NCBI GenBank assembly: GCA_964623775.1
Contig: CAZUVH010000001.1
Coordinates: 40,790 to 104,789, forward strand
Direction of reading: 5' to 3'
Source: an uncultured Candidatus Saccharibacteria bacterium
GTDB taxonomy: Bacteria; Patescibacteriota; Minisyncoccia; Phycocordibacterales; UBA2100
DNA: 64,000 bases
The notes below the pieces were generated by a model. The model was not told the DNA's origin, did no database searches, and saw only the letters and a program-made list of their open reading frames with translations. The translations under genes were made by a program, and so were the position numbers. How positions within the stretch are numbered: the first letter of the stretch is position 1; every line of letters begins with the position of its first letter. Shown here piece by piece: positions 44,886-53,997 of this stretch.

Positions 44886-45875
44886 TCATTCCTTCGGAGA
44901 AACACAATCTTCGGGGCGCTTATCTCCCCGGTCGCGTACGCGCAGGATGTGCGCGCCGATTAGACGCTTGTTCGGCGTCCGTCGCTCAAACTCGACCTCG
45001 ACGACGTAATGGTACGTTCTACTCATGAGATCCCGCCTCTCATCTGTACTGAGACCAGTACCAACCTTGCCCCAAGAGACGAGTTCCCCCGTCGCGGGAT
45101 CATACTGTGCGATATTCAGATCTTCGATGAGACCGTAATGTGTCGGTGCCGTCGATGGGTTCCAACCCGTAACCACGAAGTCATCTTCATCGTAGTCCTT
45201 CCACTTCCATGACCCCTTGTCGCGGGGAATGTTCCCACCGTCGGTTCGGTAGGAAGAGCCCGTATGCTTGTCGTAGAGAACGAGGCCTTCCCATTTACTG
45301 GAGATGCTCAGGGCTTTTGCTTCTTCGAACGTCATGTTAAGCGGTTTGACGACGCTCACATTCGGTCGATCGCACTTCACCAGCATTTCTTGGAGAATCT
45401 CGAGTCGGTCGATATACGGCAGCCCGATAACCGACTTCCCCTTATATACGGCGATATTGAAGAACGAAAGATGTACCGGGGCATACTCTTTCTGTAGCGC
45501 AATCGCCCTTTCCGGATTCGACAGAGAAAGTCGGCCAAACGTGGTCGGGTTTTGAACACCATCCACGAGTAGGGTCATTTCTCCCAAAGGCATCGTGTCA
45601 TGAGGGATATTCATCGACAGTAACGTGTCGGTGATGCTCGGAAACTTTTCAGTCCACTCCTGAATACCGCGTGAATAAATACCCACATGCCGCTTGCGCA
45701 GACCAGTCACAGGCGTGAAGACGCCGTGACCGTTCTCTTTGCGCTCGATCAAAATATTACCGCCAGCCTCGAGCTCATGAATCTTCTTGAGACTTGGAGT
45801 TTTCTTGATGGGCTTCGCAGCAACGAAATTCGGCTCGAGCGGACGAAGAGAGAATAAGGATGTGCTCCCGTGCAC
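44886..45875 (-). CDS. ATP-dependent polynucleotide ligase-like nucleotidyltransferase (DNA/RNA ligase superfamily)
   Basis: Motif III LLVDGV, motif IV EGLVLY and motif V KGSWKWK are at ligase-like spacing. Motif I reads ERKENGHG (KxNG rather than KxDGxR), so DNA versus RNA ligase is unresolved. Confidence 0.6.
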   Translation of the reverse strand: MHGSTSLFSLRPLEPNFVAAKPIKKTPSLKKIHELEAGGNILIERKENGHGVFTPVTGLRKRHVGIYSRGIQEWTEKFPSITDTLLSMNIPHDTMPLGEMTLLVDGVQNPTTFGRLSLSNPERAIALQKEYAPVHLSFFNIAVYKGKSVIGLPYIDRLEILQEMLVKCDRPNVSVVKPLNMTFEEAKALSISSKWEGLVLYDKHTGSSYRTDGGNIPRDKGSWKWKDYDEDDFVVTGWNPSTAPTHYGLIEDLNIAQYDPATGELVSWGKVGTGLSTDERRDLMSRTYHYVVEVEFERRTPNKRLIGAHILRVRDRGDKRPEDCVSPKE

Positions 45876-46019
45876 GTATGTCTCCTATTTGATGACGAAA
45901 AGAACTACGTGGCGGAATAATGCCACAAAAAAGTTACCGGGTCAATTTAGAAGGGGAGAAACCCGCGGAGAGTGCGTATGAGTAATACAAAAGTATCAAA
46001 GTATCGTAAGTCCCACATT

Positions 46020-47048
46020 TTAGAATGGATTGCGGATGCCGTTGCGGATCTCGAAGTGGAGGTGCGGGCCGGTGGCTTTACCTGTCGCGCCCACGTAGCC
46101 GATCACTTGCCCCTTCATCACATGCTGTGCACCGTATGCCGTAACTCTCGACATGTGGCTGTAGAGCGTCTGGCTGCCGTTGCCATGCTGGATCACGACA
46201 TAGCTGCCGTAGCCGCCGTTGTATCCGCCCTGCTTCGCGATAATCACATCGCCTTCAGCAGACGCGAGGACCGGCGTCCCGACTGGAGCTGCGAGGTCAA
46301 CGCCGTTATACCCGTGCACACCCTGGGTGCGCGTACCGCCGATGAGCGGTCGCAGGTAGTAGCCGATCTCCATAGGATTACCCGCTGGTCCGACGTTGCG
46401 GGCTGGTGCAGTAGAAATCCTGGTCGGGGCAGGGGCGGCAGCGATTTCGCCATCAGGGATGATGATTTCAGCGCCTACGGCGAGCTCGTCGATGCCGTTG
46501 TAACTCGCGATTTCGTCGGCATTTCCGCCGTATTTCTTGGCAATTGATGAAAGCGTGTCACCCTTCTTGACCGTGTATTTGATACCGGTGACAGGGAGGA
46601 TGGTAAGCATTTGCCCGATTTGGAGACTAGAGCCACGGGGGATGTCATTGGCCCAGAGAATGGTGTTGGGGGAGACGTTGAACATCTTGGCGATGCCCGT
46701 TAGGGTATCGCCCGCATGTACGACATACACACTGATGGTCGCGTCTTTCGGTTTCTCAATATCGGCTATCGTGCCCGATGGACCCTCTTCCGGCATGAGC
46801 GCTGTGTCGTCGACGATCGTGATCTCGCCACCGCCACGAGCGGCAGAGGGGTCGATATTCATGGCGGGTCGGAGAAGTGGCATGGTCTGAAGATTGCTCG
46901 TACTTGAGATCGCCTCGGCATCCACCGGCCGGCCTGCAAACATGTCTATAATGTCAGTGAAGACACCTGCATGTACGCGAAACGGTAAGAGCGCGCCGAT
47001 GAGAAGCGTCAAAGAGATGAGTGGGACCGCTGTGCGAACAGCGCGCAA
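46020..47048 (-). CDS. LysM-domain M23 family metallopeptidase
   Basis: Signal peptide, two LysM repeats (YVVHAGDTLTGIA..., YTVKKGDTLSSIA...) and an M23 catalytic domain with the HLHFE motif. Confidence 0.85.
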   Translation of the reverse strand: MRAVRTAVPLISLTLLIGALLPFRVHAGVFTDIIDMFAGRPVDAEAISSTSNLQTMPLLRPAMNIDPSAARGGGEITIVDDTALMPEEGPSGTIADIEKPKDATISVYVVHAGDTLTGIAKMFNVSPNTILWANDIPRGSSLQIGQMLTILPVTGIKYTVKKGDTLSSIAKKYGGNADEIASYNGIDELAVGAEIIIPDGEIAAAPAPTRISTAPARNVGPAGNPMEIGYYLRPLIGGTRTQGVHGYNGVDLAAPVGTPVLASAEGDVIIAKQGGYNGGYGSYVVIQHGNGSQTLYSHMSRVTAYGAQHVMKGQVIGYVGATGKATGPHLHFEIRNGIRNPF

Positions 47049-47314
47049 ACGCGTATATGTCCTTCTCCGCAGGTTGTTGCGTGCAGAGAGATTCTTTTTT
47101 TTGCCTGTAATAAGCCAATGTAAGGTGATTTTTCTGTGGGGCGGAAAAATATGGCTCTAAATAAGGATTTTTTTCTTATTTAGAAACACGGAAAACTCAG
47201 GTATCACCGTACTTTTCACTGTAGCGTTCAGGGCTTCAGAGTCAATTCATCTAGAAAGATGCAGTGGATATCTCAAAAAGGCACCCCCGTGCTCGTGTGT
47301 GATATCATTCACCG

Positions 47315-49207
47315 GTGAGTTACATAAATGGCTTAAATGAACGACAAAAAGAGGCTGTTCTCTTGACAGAGGGGCCTCTTTTGATCATAGCGGGTGCCGG
47401 GGCGGGAAAAACGAAAACAATAACACACCGTATTGCGCACCTTATGGCAAGGGGTATTCCTGCTCACCGCATTCTGGCCGTGACATTCACCAACAAGGCT
47501 GCGGGGGAGATGCGTGAGCGTGTCCGTGCACTGCTGGGGGGCCAGTCGGGAATGCCTCTCATCACAACATTCCATAGTTTGGGTGTACGAATCCTGCGCG
47601 AATTCCACCACCAGGCAAACCTGCCGCGCAACTTTTCGATCTGGGATCGCGACGACAGCATCAAGGCGATCAAGAGAATCCAGGGTGGGGCGGAGGAACA
47701 GGGTTACAAGGCGAGCGCGCTCATCTCCGCAATCTCAAGAGAGAAGGGAAACGGCACGTCGGCACGGGAATTTGAGGAAAATGCGAAGAATTTCCGCGAG
47801 AAAGAGCTCGCCCGCATCTGGCGTTCGTATGAAACGGCACTGAAAGAAGAGGGCGCCTTGGACTTTGATGACCTTCTTTTGCATACTGTGACGCTTCTCA
47901 AAGCATCTGAGGCGACCCTGGAGAAACTCCGCGAACGGTACGCTTACATTACGATCGATGAATACCAAGACACCAACAAGACTCAGTACGAGATCGCCCG
48001 TCTCCTTGCAGGGGAGCGCAAGAATATCTGCGTAGTCGGTGACATCGATCAAAACATCTACAGCTGGCGTGGTGCCGATATCGAACACCTTATGTCATTT
48101 GAGAAGTCATTCCCTGGAGCCGCGACCGTGCTTTTGGAGCAAAATTACCGCTCCACCCGCACCATTCTCGCGGCGGCAAACGGCGTCATTTCAAAAAATA
48201 TCCGCCGCAAAGAAAAAAATCTTTTTACCGAGAACGAAACGGGGGAGCCGATCGCGATCTATGGCGCACGCAACGAGATCGACGAAGCGTGGTTTGTCGC
48301 GGCAACAGCACAAAAAATGATCTCGAGTGGTATACCTGCGTCTCAAATCGCCGTACTTTACCGCGAAAATTTCCAATCGCGCGCGATTGAAGAAGCGCTT
48401 CTCCATCTGGAGGTGCCGTATCGCGTCCTTGGTACGCGCTTTTTCGAGCGCAAGGAGGTGAAAGACCTACTTTCGTACGTCCGCGCCGCTCTTAATCCGC
48501 TCAGTAAGGTGGATTTCGCACGCGCCGTCGCTACCCCTTCGCGCGGCATCGGGAAGACGACGCTTGAGAAGGTGTTTGCCGGCCAAGAGGCCGCGCTTCC
48601 TGCCGCTGCGCGCGCAAAGGTCGCGACCTTCAAAGATACCCTCACAAAGATCGCGCACGCGGCAAAGACACTGCCACCATCAGAGGCACTCCGATATACG
48701 CTCGAGGCGAGCGGCATCGAAGTGATGCTCAAGAAAGACGCCGAGGAGGGGAGCGAGCGCATGGAAAACTTGAACGAACTCCTCAATCTCGCGGTACGCT
48801 ACGACGAAATGCTCCCCCCGGAGGGTATCGAGAAAATGCTCGAGGAGGCCGCGCTCCAATCCGATCAGGACGAACTCGCCGAAAAAAGCGACGGCGTCGT
48901 GCTTCTGACAGTACACGCATCGAAAGGATTGGAATTCGACGTGGTCTTCGTGACCGGCCTTGAGCAAGGCCTTTTTCCCTCTCTTCGCGAAGGTACGCGC
49001 GACCCAGAGGAGGAACGTCGGCTTTTTTATGTGGCAATCACGCGTGCCCGAAAGCAGGTATATCTTTCATACGCGCACGATCGCATGCGGTGGGGATCAC
49101 GTGAGCTCACGACACCTTCGGAATTTTTCGACGACATCGACCCGCGACTTATCGTTTCCGTAAACCCCGGCGAGCAGAGTGAGGAGAGTACGATCGAATT
49201 TCTATGA
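47315..49207 (+). CDS. uvrD: ATP-dependent DNA helicase UvrD/PcrA family
   Basis: GTG start. Helicase motifs I (AGAGAGKT), II (DEYQDTN) and III-VI. 630 aa. Confidence 0.9.
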   Translation: MSYINGLNERQKEAVLLTEGPLLIIAGAGAGKTKTITHRIAHLMARGIPAHRILAVTFTNKAAGEMRERVRALLGGQSGMPLITTFHSLGVRILREFHHQANLPRNFSIWDRDDSIKAIKRIQGGAEEQGYKASALISAISREKGNGTSAREFEENAKNFREKELARIWRSYETALKEEGALDFDDLLLHTVTLLKASEATLEKLRERYAYITIDEYQDTNKTQYEIARLLAGERKNICVVGDIDQNIYSWRGADIEHLMSFEKSFPGAATVLLEQNYRSTRTILAAANGVISKNIRRKEKNLFTENETGEPIAIYGARNEIDEAWFVAATAQKMISSGIPASQIAVLYRENFQSRAIEEALLHLEVPYRVLGTRFFERKEVKDLLSYVRAALNPLSKVDFARAVATPSRGIGKTTLEKVFAGQEAALPAAARAKVATFKDTLTKIAHAAKTLPPSEALRYTLEASGIEVMLKKDAEEGSERMENLNELLNLAVRYDEMLPPEGIEKMLEEAALQSDQDELAEKSDGVVLLTVHASKGLEFDVVFVTGLEQGLFPSLREGTRDPEEERRLFYVAITRARKQVYLSYAHDRMRWGSRELTTPSEFFDDIDPRLIVSVNPGEQSEESTIEFL

Positions 49208-50004
49208 AGAAGAACCGGGGGGCACGCAAAGGAGCACGATTGGGTCAGCACTTTCTCACAGGCACCTGGGCTGCTGTGTCGCTTGTGAAAGCGACGGCGA
49301 TGAAGGAGGGTGATATCACGCTCGAGATCGGCCCCGGGAAAGGTGCGCTCACAAAGGAAATTCTCAAGACAGGTGCGCATGTCGTTGCGGTAGAGAAAGA
49401 CGAGGCGCTTGCCGATCTTCTTGCTGCGATATTTTCGAAAGAAATTTTTCACAAGCAGCTGGAAATTGTACGGGATGATGTGCGCAACTTTCTGCCGGAA
49501 AAAGCTGGTTTGCGAGCAGGGGAGTACATACTTGCGGCCAACATCCCGTATTACATCACCGGTGAGATCATACGGCAGTTTCTTTCGTGCAATGTGCAGC
49601 CACACACGATGGCAATCCTCATACAAAAAGAGGTCGCGGAGCGCATTCTCGCGCGTGATGGCAAAGAAAGCATCCTCTCGATCGCGGTCAAAGTGTATGG
49701 CACGCCAAAGATCGCAGCAAAAGTGTCGAGAGGAAATTTCAATCCGCCACCGTCTGTTGATTCCGCGATCCTGCTCGTGACGAATATTTCAAAAAAGTCA
49801 TTCGATGATGTGAGTGAAGAGATGTTTTTTAGAGTATTGCGTGCAGGTTTTTCGTCAAAAAGAAAGTTGCTCGCAAGTAATCTAGGTAATGTGTTTGGGA
49901 GGGAAAGGGTAGACACCGCACTTGAGAACTGCAAGATTCCGGGGAAGGCGCGGGCGGAGGATTTGAAGGTAGGGGATTGGTTGGGGTTGGCGACGAACCT
50001 TTAA
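49204..50004 (+). CDS. rsmA: 16S rRNA (adenine1518/1519-N6)-dimethyltransferase RsmA/KsgA
   Basis: LGQHFL motif and SAM-binding fold. ATGA start/stop overlap with uvrD. Confidence 0.9.
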   Translation: MKKNRGARKGARLGQHFLTGTWAAVSLVKATAMKEGDITLEIGPGKGALTKEILKTGAHVVAVEKDEALADLLAAIFSKEIFHKQLEIVRDDVRNFLPEKAGLRAGEYILAANIPYYITGEIIRQFLSCNVQPHTMAILIQKEVAERILARDGKESILSIAVKVYGTPKIAAKVSRGNFNPPPSVDSAILLVTNISKKSFDDVSEEMFFRVLRAGFSSKRKLLASNLGNVFGRERVDTALENCKIPGKARAEDLKVGDWLGLATNL

Positions 50005-50039
50005 CACAAGACTGCGGCCGTGCCCTTCGGGCGTCACAA

Positions 50040-50068
50040 ATATTTTGCCCGCCGTCGCGGGCAAAATT
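50040..50068 (+). terminator. intrinsic terminator ttttgcccgc-cgtc-gcgggcaaaa + T-run
   Basis: Perfect stem downstream of rsmA. Confidence 0.55.
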
Positions 50069-50185
50069 TTCTGACCACGGCTCGCCGGCGCAGCCCATGG
50101 ACTGTTTTTATCTCAGGCACGGATCAAATTTTGCCGTCCCCACGCCTCGCGGTCGCGCAAGCTTGCGCGACATCGCTCCGGCCGT

Positions 50186-50240
50186 CCAGTAGGAGAAAAA
50201 AGGGTGCGCAGGCACCCTTTTTCTACCTACTGGACCCCAT
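50186..50240. terminator. long nested hairpin gtccagtaggagaaaaaagggtgc-gcag-gcaccctttttctacctactggac
   Basis: ~24-bp stem between rsmA (+) and the minus-strand gene ending at 50223. Likely a bidirectional terminator. A second 20-bp perfect palindrome, GTCGCGCAAGCTTGCGCGAC, lies at ~50148-50168. Confidence 0.5.
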
Positions 50241-50567
50241 CATCGTAATCAAGATTCCGGGCCAAACGATAACTGGTTCGATAGAGACCACGCAGTAGTA
50301 GGGAGGACCGGCGAGACCAAGGTGCCACTGGCCTGCATGCGACGGCGGACCGAATTGATACGTGCGAGTAGAAGGCGTCCAGATGAAATCGCCTCCGCGT
50401 GGCGGGCCGGTGCGTGCAAAGATCGCACTGTTGTAACAAAAGATGATTTGAGAAATCTGTCCGCCGTACGGAAATGCCGAGGTGAATGTGGGGACGACGA
50501 GCGCAAGTATTATGAGGATCGCGGCAAACATGAGAATGAGTCGTATCACAGACAATTTCATGTGCAT
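50223..50567 (-). CDS. hypothetical membrane/secreted protein (114 aa)
   Basis: N-terminal hydrophobic helix MKLSVIRLILMFAAILIILALVVP. Divergent from the T4SS-like cluster. Confidence 0.4.
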   Translation of the reverse strand: MHMKLSVIRLILMFAAILIILALVVPTFTSAFPYGGQISQIIFCYNSAIFARTGPPRGGDFIWTPSTRTYQFGPPSHAGQWHLGLAGPPYYCVVSIEPVIVWPGILITMMGSSR

Positions 50568-50606
50568 AGCAAAATTCTACCATGTATTCAGTGGTACAAT
50601 TTTTGA

Positions 50607-51575
50607 ATGGGGAAATTACCGCCAATGCACATAATCGAGATCGAAAATCAAAGTACTCCAGAAGTCGTCGCCCCGCATTCGCAGCACTGGGTCTCTGCGC
50701 ATCCCATCACCGCATCTTTGATAGCATCGACGGCGTTACTCTTGATTGGCAGCGCGATCGTGTTTCGTCACTCTGCAGCAAACCCGCCAGCACCCGTCAT
50801 CACCGCCTGGGGCGGGGGCGGTATTGATCCATACAACACGGTCACCGGCTCGGTGACCGCAGATCAGGAAGAGATCGTACAACAGGTACAAAACAACCCG
50901 CCCTACACATACGTCATACCTGATCTAAAAGGCAACACGACCCCCTCGTCTCCGCAGCCCACCGAAAATTCCAACGATCTGCTGGATTTTGAGCAGTTTA
51001 TGGCGGGATTGGGGCAAAGCACCGCACCGGGAAATACCGCACCAAAAGAGGTCGCCGATATTACCAACGCGTTTCCTCCCACTTCACTCTTTATCGCGCC
51101 CACACCGAAAACGGATCGGACACCTCTCCAACAGGCGCTTTACAACTACGGGAACGAGATCGGGTCGTACATCCAGTCATACGAGCAGCAGCATCCAGAT
51201 CAGACACAAGTCCTGAAAAATCACATCGAGGACCAGAATAATCCGATCAAAATAAATGCGGTCGTCCAGATGGGACGCGACCTTCAGGGTATTGGCACAA
51301 GCCTTCTCGGTATGGAAGATGTGCCAGCGCAGGTAAGCGCGGCGCACAAGAAGCTCGCCGAAAGCTACCAGACCATCGGTAAAAACCTCACACTTGTACC
51401 GCAAGCCAAGGGAAATGATGCGCTCTTAAGCGCGATTGGCACGTACAACGCCTCTGCGGATGTGTTTGCAAAAGATCTCGTTGCGCTCGTAGGATTTTTC
51501 TCAATGTACGGTGTCACCTTTAGCGCCGAAGATGCGGGAAACATCTTCACGTTTACCTATTCGGGCGGAATGTAG
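50607..51575 (+). CDS. hypothetical single-pass membrane protein
   Basis: TGGTACAAT extended -10 just upstream (near-leaderless). TM ITASLIASTALLLIGSAIVF. The C-domain loosely resembles that of the next gene. Confidence 0.4.
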   Translation: MGKLPPMHIIEIENQSTPEVVAPHSQHWVSAHPITASLIASTALLLIGSAIVFRHSAANPPAPVITAWGGGGIDPYNTVTGSVTADQEEIVQQVQNNPPYTYVIPDLKGNTTPSSPQPTENSNDLLDFEQFMAGLGQSTAPGNTAPKEVADITNAFPPTSLFIAPTPKTDRTPLQQALYNYGNEIGSYIQSYEQQHPDQTQVLKNHIEDQNNPIKINAVVQMGRDLQGIGTSLLGMEDVPAQVSAAHKKLAESYQTIGKNLTLVPQAKGNDALLSAIGTYNASADVFAKDLVALVGFFSMYGVTFSAEDAGNIFTFTYSGGM

Positions 51576-51704
51576 CATCACGTATGACGCGCCCTGCCCC
51601 AACGCCAACGCTGGCATTTTCTTGCTGCGCCTTTAAGACTCAAAGTGAAATACACGAGTGACGTTGTGTGACTTTCTATCCCCGAAAACACCAGATATGC
51701 AGCC

Positions 51705-52544
51705 ATGCCAACGTTGGTGAGGGGGTATAATTCTAGTGTGGAAAAAGAACGCTCACACGAAAGCGGTTTTTCGGTTATTGAGGTCACTGCGATCCTTGCC
51801 GTTCTCGTCTTGATCGGATCAGCACTCTGGCAATCGCAGGCAAAAATCGATACGCAGAAAAAAAATCTCACCTACGAACAGCAGTCTGCCCCCGAATCTA
51901 CGGACTCGCTCGAAGACGACCCGCTCGCGCAAGCACTTGCCGATGTCACCGCAGCAGGGAAGCCCGGCACGATCGGCACCGCTGTCATGAATCAGATGTT
52001 GAACTCCTACCTCGTCTCCAAAAACAACGGTACGTATTCGCCCGAATATGCTGCGGCACTCGGGAGCTCACTCGCACCGATGATTCAAAACACGCTCGCG
52101 TACCAGACCTTTTCCGAGAAAAATCTCGTGATCAATCCAGACACATCGGAGAAAGCGTCCGTTGCATACCAGAAGGCGCTGTATGACGCGCTCGCGCCAC
52201 TGCGCACCAACACCGCGCCCGAGTTTGAGTTTTTCGCTCTCTACGTGCAGACGAAAGACCCCGTACATCTCGTGCGCCTACAAAGCGTGGCAACACTCTA
52301 TCGAGACGCGGTCGCCAATGCGGCTGTCCTTTTCGTGCCGTCTGACGTAGCTCAGAGGCATGTGGCGATTCTCAATGCGATGGGGGAATTCGCTGCCGCA
52401 CTCGACGCGCTTGCCCTGCATGCTGATGATCCTATCGAATCCGTCGCGCTCTTGCGCGATTACAACGCGGGCGAACAGCACGTGCTCGCCGCATTCAACG
52501 CACTTCAGTCCTACTACGCCACCAAATATGCAAAACGCTCATAA
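51705..52544 (+). CDS. prepilin-type N-terminal cleavage/methylation-domain protein (pilin/pseudopilin-like)
   Basis: ...ERSHESG|FSVIEVTAILAVLVLIGSAL fits the class III signal (G|F-x-x-I-E-hydrophobic), followed by a 250-aa extracellular domain. Confidence 0.55.
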   Translation: MPTLVRGYNSSVEKERSHESGFSVIEVTAILAVLVLIGSALWQSQAKIDTQKKNLTYEQQSAPESTDSLEDDPLAQALADVTAAGKPGTIGTAVMNQMLNSYLVSKNNGTYSPEYAAALGSSLAPMIQNTLAYQTFSEKNLVINPDTSEKASVAYQKALYDALAPLRTNTAPEFEFFALYVQTKDPVHLVRLQSVATLYRDAVANAAVLFVPSDVAQRHVAILNAMGEFAAALDALALHADDPIESVALLRDYNAGEQHVLAAFNALQSYYATKYAKRS

Positions 52545-53997
52545 CATCACCCTGTATATTGTGGGCGCAGCGCTCGTGCTTTTACTGAGTGCGACGCATA
52601 GTGCATACGCACAGACAGTCCAGTATCCGAGCGGTATCACGACGTGCGAACGCACCGGCGCTGCGGGACTCAGCTCGTCGGTCGGCTCGTTCTCCCCGAT
52701 TGGCGGGCCATATGTGCCGGTCGTCGATTATGCCGTCGAGCTCAATTCAGCAACACTTGTCTACAAAGAATGCGTGCTGCGGCAACTCGTCGATCAGCAA
52801 AGAAAAGCGGCCGTTGCGCTCATCACGAAAGATACGTTGCAAAAATTCATGACACAGCGAAATGGCCGCCCGATGTTCCCGGGGTATCTCCAGGGCGAAG
52901 TCGTCGAGAGAGAGGACGCCGCGATGGCTCGCACACTCAGGAGTCCGTCGCTTGCGACGATCAACCCGGCTTATAAAAACCTGATCCTGGGTGCTATCGC
53001 GCTCGACTACCGCGTCGACACGCGCGCGTACAACAACACAGTTACCTGCCCGTACCAGGGCAACCTCGATACGATACATAAGGCGCGAGATTTTACGTTT
53101 GATGGATTGTGGATAGGGGTGGGCGATCCGCGATGCCGGCCACTCGACGTATACTACCCAGCTTCCGATATCGCACACAACGACGTCGCGCTCGATCAGC
53201 AAGAGATGGGGTATCGCCTTAACACAAGCAATGGCCTCTACGGTCTTGAAGCGATCGATGCAAACGGCAATCGCATCACGCTCACGCCCGGTATATTCAC
53301 GCGCGACGTCGCGAGCCAGGCACTCACATCTGGTTTCCGAATGCTCGAAAGTGCGGATGATGTCGGTGAAGTCGTCGACGCGCTTTTTGCGGCAATGGGC
53401 GATCAAGCTCTCACGAGTGCTCCCGGGGGTGGGACGAGCGGGCTTTCGGGTCTCGGCGGTGGACTCTCGGGCATGATGAATGGTTCCAACAATTACTTCA
53501 ATCAGGTGTTGCAAAGTCAGCTCGGGGGCTTGGGTGGCACGATCACGACCGGTATTCTCGCTACACTGCAAAATCTGCTCGCCAACGAGCAGCTCTACAA
53601 CCAGGTCGTGATCGCGGTAGGACAACTCATTCAAAAAGCGACGGACGATCTCAAAAAATACGAGGCGAAATGCTTCTCCGACACTACGCACTCTGAGCAG
53701 GTTATCAGCACGAATTTTGCTCCAATCGTCGTCGATATCGCCCCAAAAATCGCAAGCTCGACTGCCGCTGTTACTGGCTTGCAGGCACTCATTGCGCAGG
53801 TGAGCGGGCCGAATCCGCCGAGCAATGCGCAGATCACCGCGACGCTCACTTCGCTGGGATTGCACTCACAACAACAAACACAGGCAGAGCAGTCGCGCCT
53901 GCAGACACTCCAGGTCGATATCACACAATTTGTGCAAAATGTCGTTGCCGGCTGGCAAAACAGTGCATCCGTTCCCGTCGGGTGCGGACAACTATGA
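52526..53997 (+). CDS. secreted hypothetical protein with Gly-rich segment
   Basis: Signal peptide MQNAHNITLYIVGAALVLLLSATHSAYA. Internal Met start overlapping the previous gene's end. The track ORF start at 52360 is out of context. Confidence 0.45.
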
